A stretch of DNA of 64,000 nucleotides from IMG/VR virus record IMGVR_UViG_3300041964_000148. One strand, written 5' to 3'. Made by a program: the position numbers and the translations under genes. Source of the stretch: a virus. Lineage: Duplodnaviria > Caudoviricetes. Positions 1-8,650 of the stretch are shown one piece after another. The number at the start of each line of letters is the position of its first letter. Position 1 is the first letter of the stretch. The notes beneath the pieces were generated by a model. The model was not told the DNA's origin. It did not search any database and saw only the letters and a program-made list of their open reading frames with translations.

Positions 1-1
1 A

Positions 2-316
2 CACAAACTCTTAGGATACTCAGCAGAAGAATTGGTCAACCACCTCGAATCGCAGTTTACCGAGGGCATGGCTTGGGAAAACATCGCGGTTGACCACCGC
101 ATCCCGGTAAAGGCATTCATTGACCACGACATTGTAGATATGTCGATCATCAATCACCTGAGCAACCTGCAACCACTGTTTCGAGTGGACAATCTGAGGA
201 AGGGCGATCGCTACCTCGAAGAAGATTTCCAAACCTACATGGCCCGGTTCTCCGACTTAATCACTGAAGCCTCAGCCTGTAAATACGAGCAACTTTCGTT
301 TCTCGACTTGCTGTAA
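2..316 (+). CDS. HNH-type endonuclease, C-terminal part (runs off the left edge)
   Basis: Frame open from base 2; motif W-x3-VDHRIPV...HLSNLQPL...DNLRK typical of phage HNH proteins. Confidence 0.6.
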   Translation, partial: HKLLGYSAEELVNHLESQFTEGMAWENIAVDHRIPVKAFIDHDIVDMSIINHLSNLQPLFRVDNLRKGDRYLEEDFQTYMARFSDLITEASACKYEQLSFLDLL

Positions 317-328
317 GCTACCAAAGAG

Positions 329-364
329 AAGCCCCCTAGATCTTGTTAGATCTAGGGGGCTTTT
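329..364. terminator. Bidirectional intrinsic terminator
   Basis: AAGCCCCCTAGATCT-tgtt-AGATCTAGGGGGCTT inverted repeat between convergent ORFs. Confidence 0.75.
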
Positions 365-366
365 CA

Positions 367-1161
367 TCACGAAGATACGTAATTTGCCCCAGACTGTTGA
401 ATTTTATCGGCTAGCCAATCATCGCCCTCGAACGTATTCCAGATAGGCTCCAAGTTCTCTCCTATCCCAGGAAGGAAAATACCGTCCTCCTTCTCTGGTC
501 GAACGTATTTAGTTAAAAAGTCAACAACCCAGTGGCGATCTTTACCTTTCTTCTTGTCTATTTTGTTGAAGCGTTCAACGCGCCAAATAGCGCCTTCAAC
601 AGGATCTATTGCGCCATGTCCTGAGGTAGAGATTGCCTCAATAGCCGACTCGACACTAAGAGGATCACCCATCTGGATTAGTCTTGGCATCACGAACAAT
701 CCGCCCACTCGCTTATCAAATTCTTCAAAATTGAGGCGAGTACAATTGCCTGACATAATGTCAAAAGCGACAAAAGGTTCGTGAGGCAATGCGTATCTCG
801 TGCTGTGGGCTTGGATCAGCCATTCCCCACACAGACGCTCACCTTCACCCAATACTTCAAGAAATCGCTCCTGATGAAAAAATACCCATTCAGCGAACAG
901 AGAGTGCTGTAGGTAGGGAGAGGTGGAGGCTAGGAAGCCTAATCGCTGAACGGGATGGATTTTGCCATCTAGCTTTAAAACACCTGTGTTACTACCATCG
1001 AGCTTCTCCTGGATCAGTATTCGGTCATACTCATCTCTCGCTTTCTCGGTAGCTATCCTTTGCATTCCATCATTGATCTTGCGATCGCCTGTTCCCATCC
1101 GGGAACCTTGGATGTGACCGATGGAACCGTAGTTCTTCCCTTCAAGTATTTTCGATTGCAT
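367..1161 (-). CDS. ATP-dependent RNA ligase (Rnl2-like nucleotidyltransferase)
   Basis: Motif I QEKLDGSN, III GEW, IIIa FVAFDI, IV VEGAIW, V TKYV. Confidence 0.8.
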   Translation of the reverse strand: MQSKILEGKNYGSIGHIQGSRMGTGDRKINDGMQRIATEKARDEYDRILIQEKLDGSNTGVLKLDGKIHPVQRLGFLASTSPYLQHSLFAEWVFFHQERFLEVLGEGERLCGEWLIQAHSTRYALPHEPFVAFDIMSGNCTRLNFEEFDKRVGGLFVMPRLIQMGDPLSVESAIEAISTSGHGAIDPVEGAIWRVERFNKIDKKKGKDRHWVVDFLTKYVRPEKEDGIFLPGIGENLEPIWNTFEGDDWLADKIQQSGANYVSS

Positions 1162-1218
1162 AATTTCTCCTTAATGTGCCTATAAGTTATTGAGACTGGT
1201 GGGCGAAAGAGAGCGATC

Positions 1219-1498
1219 GCACTACCTGAGCGTTACCTCCTTAATATCCTTATTCTCAAGGCGTACGCCAGCAGTTAATTTTCTAGCTCTTGCACTCATT
1301 TCTTGAGTATAAGGAACTAGTTTGGATTTATTGCCCAGGGCATCATTAACAAGAAAATCGAGAAACCGTCTCATTATTTGTGGCTCATACCAATCATCTC
1401 CTTGATGTTGGTCAACTAGAGGTCTTTGTTGTTTATCTTTCATGCTAATTACAACAGTTTTATTGCACTTACCTGAACGTTACCTCCTTAACATCCTT
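1219..1498. repeat. ~33-bp imperfect direct repeat at 1219-1251 and 1465-1498
   Basis: GCAC(T)TACCTGA(G/A)CGTTACCTCCTTAA(T/C)ATCCTT at the 3' ends of two adjacent genes (KEVTLR / KEVTFR). Confidence 0.85.
1222..1443 (-). CDS. Orphan PrlF/SohA-like antitoxin C-terminal domain protein
   Basis: FLDFLVNDALGN..LVPYTQEMS...L.AGV resembles the toxin-binding tail of PrlF-family antitoxins; no adjacent toxin. Confidence 0.5.
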   Translation of the reverse strand: MKDKQQRPLVDQHQGDDWYEPQIMRRFLDFLVNDALGNKSKLVPYTQEMSARARKLTAGVRLENKDIKEVTLR

Positions 1499-1882
1499 GA
1501 CACCATTGTTATCCTTCAGGAGTAAAACCTTGGTTCCAGCCTTGCGTTCATTCCAAAAAAAATATTCTGTAGCGATCGATCTTCTCAGGGTTTCATTTAG
1601 GTTAAGATGTCGTTCTGCTATGAGAATATTCAAGACTTTAATTAAATCCTGAGAGAAAGTAACCTCAAAATCCTGGGTTGCTGGCTGGGCATCTCCTTGG
1701 TACGCCCGTTCTAGCTGAAGGAAGGTAGTCGCAACATCTTCTGTGGATGCTAGCGGATACATATCCAAAGTCTGGGCAAACTTGAGTATTGCTTCCTTAA
1801 ACACTTCCGGTACCCGGATAGCTGTCGTGGGGAGGTTGTTCCACTTTGGGTTTTCTTGTCTTAGGTTGTCAATGTTGGGCAT
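1469..1882 (-). CDS. Putative ribbon-helix-helix/CopG-like DNA-binding protein
   Basis: PKWNNLPTTAIRVP and LNETLRRSI segments resemble small cyanobacterial RHH proteins. Confidence 0.45.
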   Translation of the reverse strand: MPNIDNLRQENPKWNNLPTTAIRVPEVFKEAILKFAQTLDMYPLASTEDVATTFLQLERAYQGDAQPATQDFEVTFSQDLIKVLNILIAERHLNLNETLRRSIATEYFFWNERKAGTKVLLLKDNNGVKDVKEVTFR

Positions 1883-1931
1883 GGTTCTTACCTATAGGGA
1901 CTCAATCCCCAGTGTACACTCGATCCCACTC

Positions 1932-2348
1932 TTATTGGTTTGACTGAAGTAGCGACTTGCCTGCACCAGCAGGTTTCTCGACTTGCATTGTTATCCCAGG
2001 TTCGGGGAGATCTTCTTTATCCAAGTCCTCGCAGAGGATGCTAACTGCATTTGCTGGTAGGTTTGAGAATGGAACCATAACTTTAAATATAGAACCACTT
2101 TCCGTGTGTTCAAAAGCACTTCTTACATCAATTCTTCCATCCAAAAACGACTGGAGTCTTTCTGGTGACACTGGGGCATACAAGAATGTATCCCCTTCCT
2201 CCAGTCTGTCCACCCAGACAGCGATGAACATCTGACCTTCTTGATTTTCGCAGGAAAACAAAGAAGGTTGATCGTAGTAAATGTAAGTTGATAGGAGTCT
2301 AAGATGCCCTAGTGTTGAATGCAGTGGTAGGCTCATGATTTTGCTCAA
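1932..2348 (-). CDS. Hypothetical protein (DUF6575-like)
   Basis: YYDQPSLFSC..FIAVWVD pattern; ATG-started ORF. Confidence 0.45.
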   Translation of the reverse strand: MSKIMSLPLHSTLGHLRLLSTYIYYDQPSLFSCENQEGQMFIAVWVDRLEEGDTFLYAPVSPERLQSFLDGRIDVRSAFEHTESGSIFKVMVPFSNLPANAVSILCEDLDKEDLPEPGITMQVEKPAGAGKSLLQSNQ

Positions 2349-2408
2349 TGACTATGCTGTCATGTTACTACATATGGCAGAGAGGACAGGAAGCGATCGC
2401 CTCCAACA

Positions 2409-2443
2409 AAAACCCCTAGATCCTATGGATCTAGGGGTTTTTC
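2409..2443 (-). terminator. Intrinsic terminator
   Basis: AAAACCCCTAGATCC-tat-GGATCTAGGGG-TTTT. Confidence 0.7.
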
Positions 2444-2473
2444 TGTATATCGCGGGATCTGTCAATCAGTCAT

Positions 2474-2887
2474 CTAGATAAGTCCATTAGCCTTACAATA
2501 CGCCCAATAGGGATGACTCTTCTCGGCTATTTTCTTTTCGATAATCGCTGCCCACTCGTGTTCATTCATCAATTTACACGCCTCATTGGTATTGCTCTTA
2601 TAAAGATCTGAGAATGGTATTTCTACATACCGATCTCGTTCATCGGGGTCTATCTCGCCTCCTTTGTACTTAAAGAGGTGCTTGTTTGGCTCAACAGAGA
2701 TTCCATAAAAGCTATAGCCCTTAACCAAGTCTTGCCATCGGTCAGGATAGCGAAGGAATAGGTAAGACACAAGATATTCCCATGTGTGGATACCTTCAAG
2801 TGACTCAAACGGGGGACATCGGTAGTCTTCTTGTGGAAATATGACCGCATCTTTTTCTTCGTTGACCTCAAACTCCACAAGAAGCAA
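2474..2887 (-). pseudogene. Probable 3' half of a phage gene interrupted by the integrated plasmid (5' half at 6250-6597)
   Basis: No convincing start (TAG 4 codons upstream); joins in frame to 6250-6597 at a 10/12-bp direct repeat. Confidence 0.55.
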
Positions 2888-3209
2888 GGCGGAGGGCTAG
2901 CGAAAAGCCCTGGTGACCCCAGAAATGCACGAGAGGGGATACCCCTCTCAGGACTCTCCCCGCGCCAGTTTTTCCGAACGGCTCTCCAGGTATTTAGGCA
3001 AGATTGGGAGGAATCATCGTCGAGCCGTTCCGATCGTTTCACTAAAACTGGCTTAACTACCGTGTAATACACGAGCAATCAACATAGTTCTGTTGTAGGC
3101 TACATTAAGTGCGACCGCGTTAAGCTGCAATAGCTAAAAACTCTTTAATACCTATTTTAAGAACACACTAGGGCTATTTATCAAGTTATGATAGAAGCAC
3201 AGAAAAACG

Positions 3210-3278
3210 TGGACGGTAGGAGAATTGAACTCCCCAGGGATAGCTGTCAAGACCTCCGCTGGTAACCATACACCGCCC
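3210..3278 (-). ncRNA. tRNA-like element (degenerate D and anticodon arms)
   Basis: 7-bp acceptor stem GGGCGGT/ACCGTCC plus discriminator A; T-arm GGGAG-TTCAATT-CTCCT; only 69 nt. Confidence 0.5.
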
Positions 3279-3283
3279 ATGTT

Positions 3284-3321
3284 TAACTAAGCGACAGCAA
3301 TCGATTGCTGTCGCTTAGTTA
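3284..3321. repeat. Perfect 38-bp palindrome
   Basis: TAACTAAGCGACAGCAATC|GATTGCTGTCGCTTAGTTA, no spacer. Confidence 0.9.
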
Positions 3322-3494
3322 TTAGATTTTTGGAATATTGAACAAACTGTGTAAACGACAAACTGAACCAGGGTCCAAGTTTATTTTCTCGCTTGTCTGA
3401 CAAATGTCTATTGCAATTTCCTTATCCCCAAATTAGCGCAACTTTTCCTAGATTGCAAGTAAAAATCCTTTTGTTACAATGCCAAAATTAATAA

Positions 3495-3830
3495 TTATCT
3501 AGGTATTTTTAAGTAATTCAATAAAGCTTCTAGCGCCCGCTTGACTGCACCTTTGTCTTTGCCTTTTCTAGTTATTTCTGAGTTATTTACAATCGATTCA
3601 GCGGCTGCAATTAACTGATTAAAATTAAGAGAATCAGTAGTCAATGCCTCTTGATCAAAAGCTCCATTTTGAGCCATTTGCTCAATTAAGTCTGCTTTTG
3701 TAATCTGCTGTATCTCTGCTGCATAGCCTATCTTTTCCCAAGTTTCATCTGTTAGACGAATACTTCTAACATGGCGATAATCCTGTGACTTAGGAGCAAA
3801 TTGTCCACTTTCTGTTCTATCTTGATTCAT
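3495..3830 (-). CDS. Ribbon-helix-helix (CopG-like) protein
   Basis: GQFAPKS..RHVRSIRLTDETWEKI...ITKADLIE; start overlaps the rep stop; paralog at 46641. Confidence 0.65.
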   Translation of the reverse strand: MNQDRTESGQFAPKSQDYRHVRSIRLTDETWEKIGYAAEIQQITKADLIEQMAQNGAFDQEALTTDSLNFNQLIAAAESIVNNSEITRKGKDKGAVKRALEALLNYLKIPR

Positions 3831-4876
3831 TAGTTTAGTGCCGTGTAATACACGGTTTGTAGTATTTCAAAGTAACTTTTTTTGTGGCGCTGCCATTCAA
3901 AGTAGAGATGCCCTTCATCAATAGAGTCTTCATCGCTGTTTTTTCCTACCAAGTCTTCTGGCTCTTGTTCTAAGGCTTTTAGGTAAGACCGTAAAACGCC
4001 GCCAACTGCTACAGTCTTGGTATTATGTAACTGCCGACTTAATTCTAAAAAGAACTCGCGGTTATATATCATGTCAGACTCTTTCACCTGATATTTTAAT
4101 ATCTCAGGGACAATCTTAATTGGATTGTGTTTCTTATGAATTGCTTTAACATGACACCTTGGATAATAATCCAACCGAGCGCATTGTTTCCAAAGCTCAA
4201 CCCACTTCTCTTGAGAAAGGTAGCTAGCCCCAAAGTAACTAGGAGGAACCATGAGTAGGCAATGGAAATGAGGATGTGCATTACCATCTTTGCCATGCGT
4301 CACTTCTACAGATTTAATCCAACCATCAGCAGGATAAATCTTAAGCTGGGTCAGACGCTGGAATGCTTGGTTCATTGACTTGAGAGTTTCCCTTAGTTCG
4401 GTAACAGGGCAATTCTTAATTGTTAGAGTTAAGAACAGCCAGCGGTGCTTAGGAAAGTCTTTTACTACCCTCGGAATGATTTTATAAGCTTTAGCCTTCC
4501 ACATCATTGAGCGCCGCCATTGGCAAACACAACAATGTCTGACTCTACAAAATCTAGCTGATGACAGTTTTAGTTTGAGAACTCCTTCTTCAAGATCTGG
4601 TGTTAATTTAAAATCTAACAACTCAGAGCAAAAGTGAATCCTCTTTGCATAATCGTCAAATTCAGTTCCTCTATAATGGGTTGCAATTTTATCGCTGTTA
4701 GCTCGATGTTCGTCCCATACTTTATCTCTTTCTGATAGATCAGATAAACGTGCTGCTTCTGTGGGCTGGACAGATTCGCCTGTTAGAGGTAAATTGAGGA
4801 TGTAGCTCTGGTCTGTTTCATGCCCAGACACAAAAAAGCCCCCCTGGTATCTAATTGGTTGTGTGGTAACTCCCAA
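3830..4876 (-). CDS. rep: Rolling-circle replication initiator, Rep_1 (pC194/pUB110) family
   Basis: CxxRxCxxCxWRRS Zn region, motif I FLTLT, HUH motif HPHFHCLL, motif III EILKYQVK; start codon uncertain. Confidence 0.9.
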   Translation of the reverse strand: MGVTTQPIRYQGGFFVSGHETDQSYILNLPLTGESVQPTEAARLSDLSERDKVWDEHRANSDKIATHYRGTEFDDYAKRIHFCSELLDFKLTPDLEEGVLKLKLSSARFCRVRHCCVCQWRRSMMWKAKAYKIIPRVVKDFPKHRWLFLTLTIKNCPVTELRETLKSMNQAFQRLTQLKIYPADGWIKSVEVTHGKDGNAHPHFHCLLMVPPSYFGASYLSQEKWVELWKQCARLDYYPRCHVKAIHKKHNPIKIVPEILKYQVKESDMIYNREFFLELSRQLHNTKTVAVGGVLRSYLKALEQEPEDLVGKNSDEDSIDEGHLYFEWQRHKKSYFEILQTVYYTALN

Positions 4877-4940
4877 TCTACCAGGGGGTTTTAATTTTTG
4901 TCAATTGACAAAGACGTTAAAACTATTAAATTTGAGCATT

Positions 4941-5273
4941 TCAGTCATTGTAATGAAATCTACATTGCAAAAGCTCAATTTTGCCCTTGTCAACTTTATA
5001 CACAAATCGATTAGCTTCATCAATTTTTCTTGACCATAAACCAGAACCTTCATGTCTTAAAGCTTCTGGCTTACCTATTCCTTCAAAAGGGTTTTTCAAT
5101 GTGCTTTCAATCAAGTCCAAAATTTTTTTTAAAGTTTTAGAGTCTTGACGTGACCAGTATTGGCACTGTTCTAAAAACTTTGGAGTTAAAACAAGCTCAA
5201 AAGTTGTTTTTTCTTTAGCTAGTTGAGTAGAGGTAGAAGCTTCTTTTTGAGATTCATTCTTCTTCTTCTTCAA
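4941..5273 (-). CDS. yoeB: Txe/YoeB family toxin
   Basis: YWS.QD.K..KKI..LI....NPFEGIGKPEAL...GLWSRKID..NR.VY...CRFHY; start may lie downstream. Confidence 0.85.
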   Translation of the reverse strand: MKKKKNESQKEASTSTQLAKEKTTFELVLTPKFLEQCQYWSRQDSKTLKKILDLIESTLKNPFEGIGKPEALRHEGSGLWSRKIDEANRFVYKVDKGKIELLQCRFHYND

Positions 5274-6597
5274 AGCCTAGCTCCTCACGCAATTCATCTA
5301 ATGTCATTGCCCGTCCTTTTCCTTCTTCTATTTCTTGCAATGCAGACTTTAAGATAATTGCATTCTTTTCTGAAAGATTAAAAAGATAATCTGTTTCATC
5401 AATGCCACCTATATCTTCTCTGTCTTTATCTCTTGCAGCAGCGCCGAACACAGAATAAGCAAACCGATGAGCCAATCTTACATAGTCGTTGTGTGATTTG
5501 ATTGTGTTTAATAGTAAGGTATTAAACGCATCCTCTTCAAAAGGCTCATTTAGTAAAAGTTCACTGTTCTTAATTTCTCCAGAAGCTAGCTCTGCCTCAA
5601 CTTTAAAAAGAACTCCATTTTTTTTCTCTTCTGGACTTAATTCAAGTTCGGCTTTTTGAAGCTTTTTTTCGATGATAGCTTGAGCCTTAAGAACAAACTC
5701 TTGACGCATTTTTATTGGGCAATAAGCCCAGTATTGTTCAACAACCTCCAAAAGCAATTCATAACCTCGTACAGTTAATGAATAAGCTTTTGCAATCTCA
5801 TCTATAAAGCGTATAGCGTCAGAAGCAGTGGGATTTGTAAATTGTAAAACTTTATTACTGCTTTGATTAATTTGATTACCTAATTGCTTGAACAAATAAG
5901 AAGCAATTTTTACTTTGCTATCCAAAATTAAGAGGATGGCATCTACCTCTAGCTTGCTTCTGCCTTTTGCTGCTGCTAGTTCAGCTTTAAAATCATGCTG
6001 TGCTCCTTCTGAACATTCAAAAATGAGGCAGCTTTCCAAATCAACAAATACAACGTCTTCAATGCCTTTCACACGTTGTTCCTCTATAAACAGACAGTAA
6101 ATTGGTAGCTTAGTATGCGCTCTTGCCCGATATGCACTTCTATATCCTTGCACAGCCTTCTCTAATGCGATCGAAAGCCACCCGATCGCCACACCACCAA
6201 CTGCCCCAACAACCAGCAACTGCAACCAGTCTGGAGCCAAAAGCAGCAGCTCCAGTCCTGCCAGCGAGAACATCTTTGTTTCGCTAGGTTTTGCAGTTCT
6301 TTTATATTCATTTTCGTCTGTATCCCATACAGTGAGCGAGTTGCACTGATGCTGACGCATCAGAGAACTCCCTAAGTATTCGAGGTCATCATCACTTACT
6401 AACTGTTCTGCAATGGTCTTCAGAAACAACCAAAACCATTTTGGTTCCTCATCCTCGGCGTAATGGTAAGGGGACAGGGAACGGAAGAAGTCAAGTGCAA
6501 CCTGCAATCCTTCTTCGTCGCCTGACCAGAATGATTTGATATGGTTTTCATCAATCTGAACAGACTTGATCAACTTAACGGCGATGGATTTTGTCAT
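5254..6597 (-). CDS. Chimeric ORF: phage gene N-terminus fused to a plasmid protein with a TM segment and YefM-like antitoxin tail
   Basis: C-terminal ETDYLFNLSEKNAIILKSALQEIEEG directly upstream of yoeB; ATG 6597 follows the AAAGCAAAATC leader; hydrophobic stretch after the junction. Confidence 0.55.
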   Translation of the reverse strand: MTKSIAVKLIKSVQIDENHIKSFWSGDEEGLQVALDFFRSLSPYHYAEDEEPKWFWLFLKTIAEQLVSDDDLEYLGSSLMRQHQCNSLTVWDTDENEYKRTAKPSETKMFSLAGLELLLLAPDWLQLLVVGAVGGVAIGWLSIALEKAVQGYRSAYRARAHTKLPIYCLFIEEQRVKGIEDVVFVDLESCLIFECSEGAQHDFKAELAAAKGRSKLEVDAILLILDSKVKIASYLFKQLGNQINQSSNKVLQFTNPTASDAIRFIDEIAKAYSLTVRGYELLLEVVEQYWAYCPIKMRQEFVLKAQAIIEKKLQKAELELSPEEKKNGVLFKVEAELASGEIKNSELLLNEPFEEDAFNTLLLNTIKSHNDYVRLAHRFAYSVFGAAARDKDREDIGGIDETDYLFNLSEKNAIILKSALQEIEEGKGRAMTLDELREELGFEEEEE

Positions 6598-6725
6598 GAT
6601 TTTGCTTTGCGTGTACATATTACTATGTTATCACATTCAATCCACCGAGATTAATGGTGAAAGATAGCGATCGCGTTCTTTATAACAAAGGTAAAATAAC
6701 ATCAGTAAATACAATCTTAATTTTC

Positions 6726-7247
6726 ATGGCTAAAGGCAAAGGTTTCTGGGGAAGAAAGGATAAAGATCAAAATAAAATAAGCGTAGAATCAATAGTTCGG
6801 GGGGACAGCCTTGAGCCTATTGTCGTGATCAAATGGGGCAAGGAAGGAGGCTACCTCGCGCCTGAAGAGGCAAGATCCCTTGCTTTGACTATCCTGGGTG
6901 CGTCCTGTGCTGCTAAATCTGATAGCGCAGTGGTCAAATTTTTCTCGTCTATTGATGGATTCGGGGTGGGGGGAGCTGCCCTTTTCCGCAAGATGCTCCG
7001 AGAATTTAGGGTACAGAATCGGGATCAAAATCTTTCAGGAATTCGGATGGTTATCGACCCTGATGAAGAGCCAATTCCGATACAAGAAGTCACGGGGCAG
7101 GCGCTCTATATGCTGGAAATGGCAGTGATGTCCGAAGTGGAGGCTTTTCTGGTTGAGTACCTCAAGCAAGAAGTGAACATGGATGAATACATGATTAATC
7201 GGGTCATTGGCGAGTTGCGTGACATCATGTATCCCAAAGAAGGATAG
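6726..7247 (+). CDS. Hypothetical phage protein
   Basis: ORF; ATG 6726 preferred; internal duplicated motif. Confidence 0.6.
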   Translation: MAKGKGFWGRKDKDQNKISVESIVRGDSLEPIVVIKWGKEGGYLAPEEARSLALTILGASCAAKSDSAVVKFFSSIDGFGVGGAALFRKMLREFRVQNRDQNLSGIRMVIDPDEEPIPIQEVTGQALYMLEMAVMSEVEAFLVEYLKQEVNMDEYMINRVIGELRDIMYPKEG

Positions 7248-7249
7248 GT

Positions 7250-7651
7250 ATGCAGTTTAGCAAAGCAGAGCCAAACGAAGATTTTCTATTGGGACGTTGG
7301 GTATCTGAAAACAATATCTGGGAGATTGGCTTCTGCCCCGTCGCCTATGGTGTTCGGGTTAGGCTCGGAAGAGTTGGCAATTATTGGGTGAATCTCGACT
7401 ATTGCGCCGGCGCCGATACAGGGTTTGCGTATGTCCTCTTGGCAACTGTAGTTTTGATCTTGTCTTATGTTCCGGAGAACATAACCGAGATAGAAGTGGA
7501 GCGGATGTTCCCTTGGTTTGAGATCAAGCCAATTAACCGAGACCCAACTTGCTGGAAGAGACTTCAAGAAATGGCAGACGAACTTATTAAAAAAGGAAAT
7601 TCAGATGACGAGCAAGCCAGGGCGCTACAACCTCAAAATCTACATGATTGA
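7250..7651 (+). CDS. Hypothetical protein
   Basis: AAGGA SD, abuts previous gene. Confidence 0.6.
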   Translation: MQFSKAEPNEDFLLGRWVSENNIWEIGFCPVAYGVRVRLGRVGNYWVNLDYCAGADTGFAYVLLATVVLILSYVPENITEIEVERMFPWFEIKPINRDPTCWKRLQEMADELIKKGNSDDEQARALQPQNLHD

Positions 7652-7865
7652 GGGACGAGGGTGGCATCGACCAGTGAAGATGATTTGGTGGATTGCGATC
7701 GCTCTCGTGACGTTGCCGTTAAGATTTATCCCGCTGTTCAAACCGCATAAGATGGTGCGGCAGAGATACAAGGTCTTGACGTTTCGTAGCTTAAAAGAAT
7801 GTAGGCTTTTGAATGGTAAAGAGATCTCGTTGGTATCGAAGATTCGGAACAGACGAAAACCCTAG
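7605..7865 (+). CDS. Hypothetical small membrane protein
   Basis: AAGGA SD before ATG 7605; WWIAIALVTLPL hydrophobic stretch. Confidence 0.45.
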   Translation: MTSKPGRYNLKIYMIEGRGWHRPVKMIWWIAIALVTLPLRFIPLFKPHKMVRQRYKVLTFRSLKECRLLNGKEISLVSKIRNRRKP

Positions 7866-7880
7866 ATTGAGAGCGATCGC

Positions 7881-8357
7881 ATGAACACGAGCAGAGAAGA
7901 AGGTTTTTACTGGGTCAAGAATTCCGCAGGAATTTACCAGATAGCATTTTGGGTCAACTCTAATTGGTTATCTGTTGGGAAGGAGAATGGACGACCAGAA
8001 GGTGATTTTGAGGTAGTGAGCGATCTCCTAGAACCATCCCCATCTAAAGTCGAGAACGACAAACCACCCTCCATCAAAAAAACAAACCTGGAAAGATATC
8101 CAGGATCTATCAAATACAAGACCAATCTCGACTACCCAAAAGAATTCTTCTTGGCTGACTTGCCGCCAAGACGCAACAATCCGAACCCGCTTCCATTGCA
8201 ACCTTTGGAGGTAGACGATTACATCCTATTACCATTCCATCCTTCAGCCGAAATATTCGCGGGGAAACACCTAACTTACAAAGTTATCCATGTGGAAGGG
8301 GATCAGGTTTCTTTAGAAGCGATAGGTTTCCGGGTAACGTTTCTGGAGAATGAATAG
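7881..8357 (+). CDS. Hypothetical phage protein
   Basis: REEGFYWVK N-terminus; in operon. Confidence 0.55.
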   Translation: MNTSREEGFYWVKNSAGIYQIAFWVNSNWLSVGKENGRPEGDFEVVSDLLEPSPSKVENDKPPSIKKTNLERYPGSIKYKTNLDYPKEFFLADLPPRRNNPNPLPLQPLEVDDYILLPFHPSAEIFAGKHLTYKVIHVEGDQVSLEAIGFRVTFLENE

Positions 8358-8603
8358 ATGGATTTTCTAATTTGGGAATGGCGGAACAGCGAACAACCAA
8401 TTGACTACTGTAGGGTCTCTTTTTTGGTTCCACTGATTGGAATCCGAAGAGGTAGAGAGAGGATTAGTGATCAAAAATGGGTTTGGGTTGGATTCATGGG
8501 AAAAACGGAATTCTCTTATGAAGCAGAAAGTGAAGTTGACTGGAGATTTAGTATTCGTGTCTTAGGGTTTGGTTTTTCTATTCACCGCCAGTGGGGCTTC
8601 TAA
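8358..8603 (+). CDS. Hypothetical protein
   Basis: Abuts previous stop. Confidence 0.5.
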   Translation: MDFLIWEWRNSEQPIDYCRVSFLVPLIGIRRGRERISDQKWVWVGFMGKTEFSYEAESEVDWRFSIRVLGFGFSIHRQWGF

Positions 8604-8650
8604 GGCGATCGCTTTATCTAAATATGTCAAGGATTTCAAGAGTTTAATCA

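Larger units (their letters stand above)
2875..6248 (-). mobile_element. Integrated small rolling-circle plasmid (~3362 bp)
   Basis: Rep_1 initiator, RHH and YoeB-type TA in a visibly AT-richer block bounded by CCACAAGAAGCA (2875-2886) and CCAAAAGCAGCA (6237-6248). Confidence 0.65.

Noticed and set aside
2650-3078. ORFs 2650-3078 (-) and 2831-3067 (+)
   Set aside because: They span the plasmid junction and a hairpin-rich region and have no protein-like motifs
3179-3185. CTTGATA on the minus strand as the pC194-type nick site
   Set aside because: Only a 7-mer and it lies downstream of rep; plausible but unsupported
3210-3278. Canonical tRNA-Ser/Gln or tmRNA
   Set aside because: D-arm and anticodon stem are defective and there is no tag reading frame; kept only as tRNA-like
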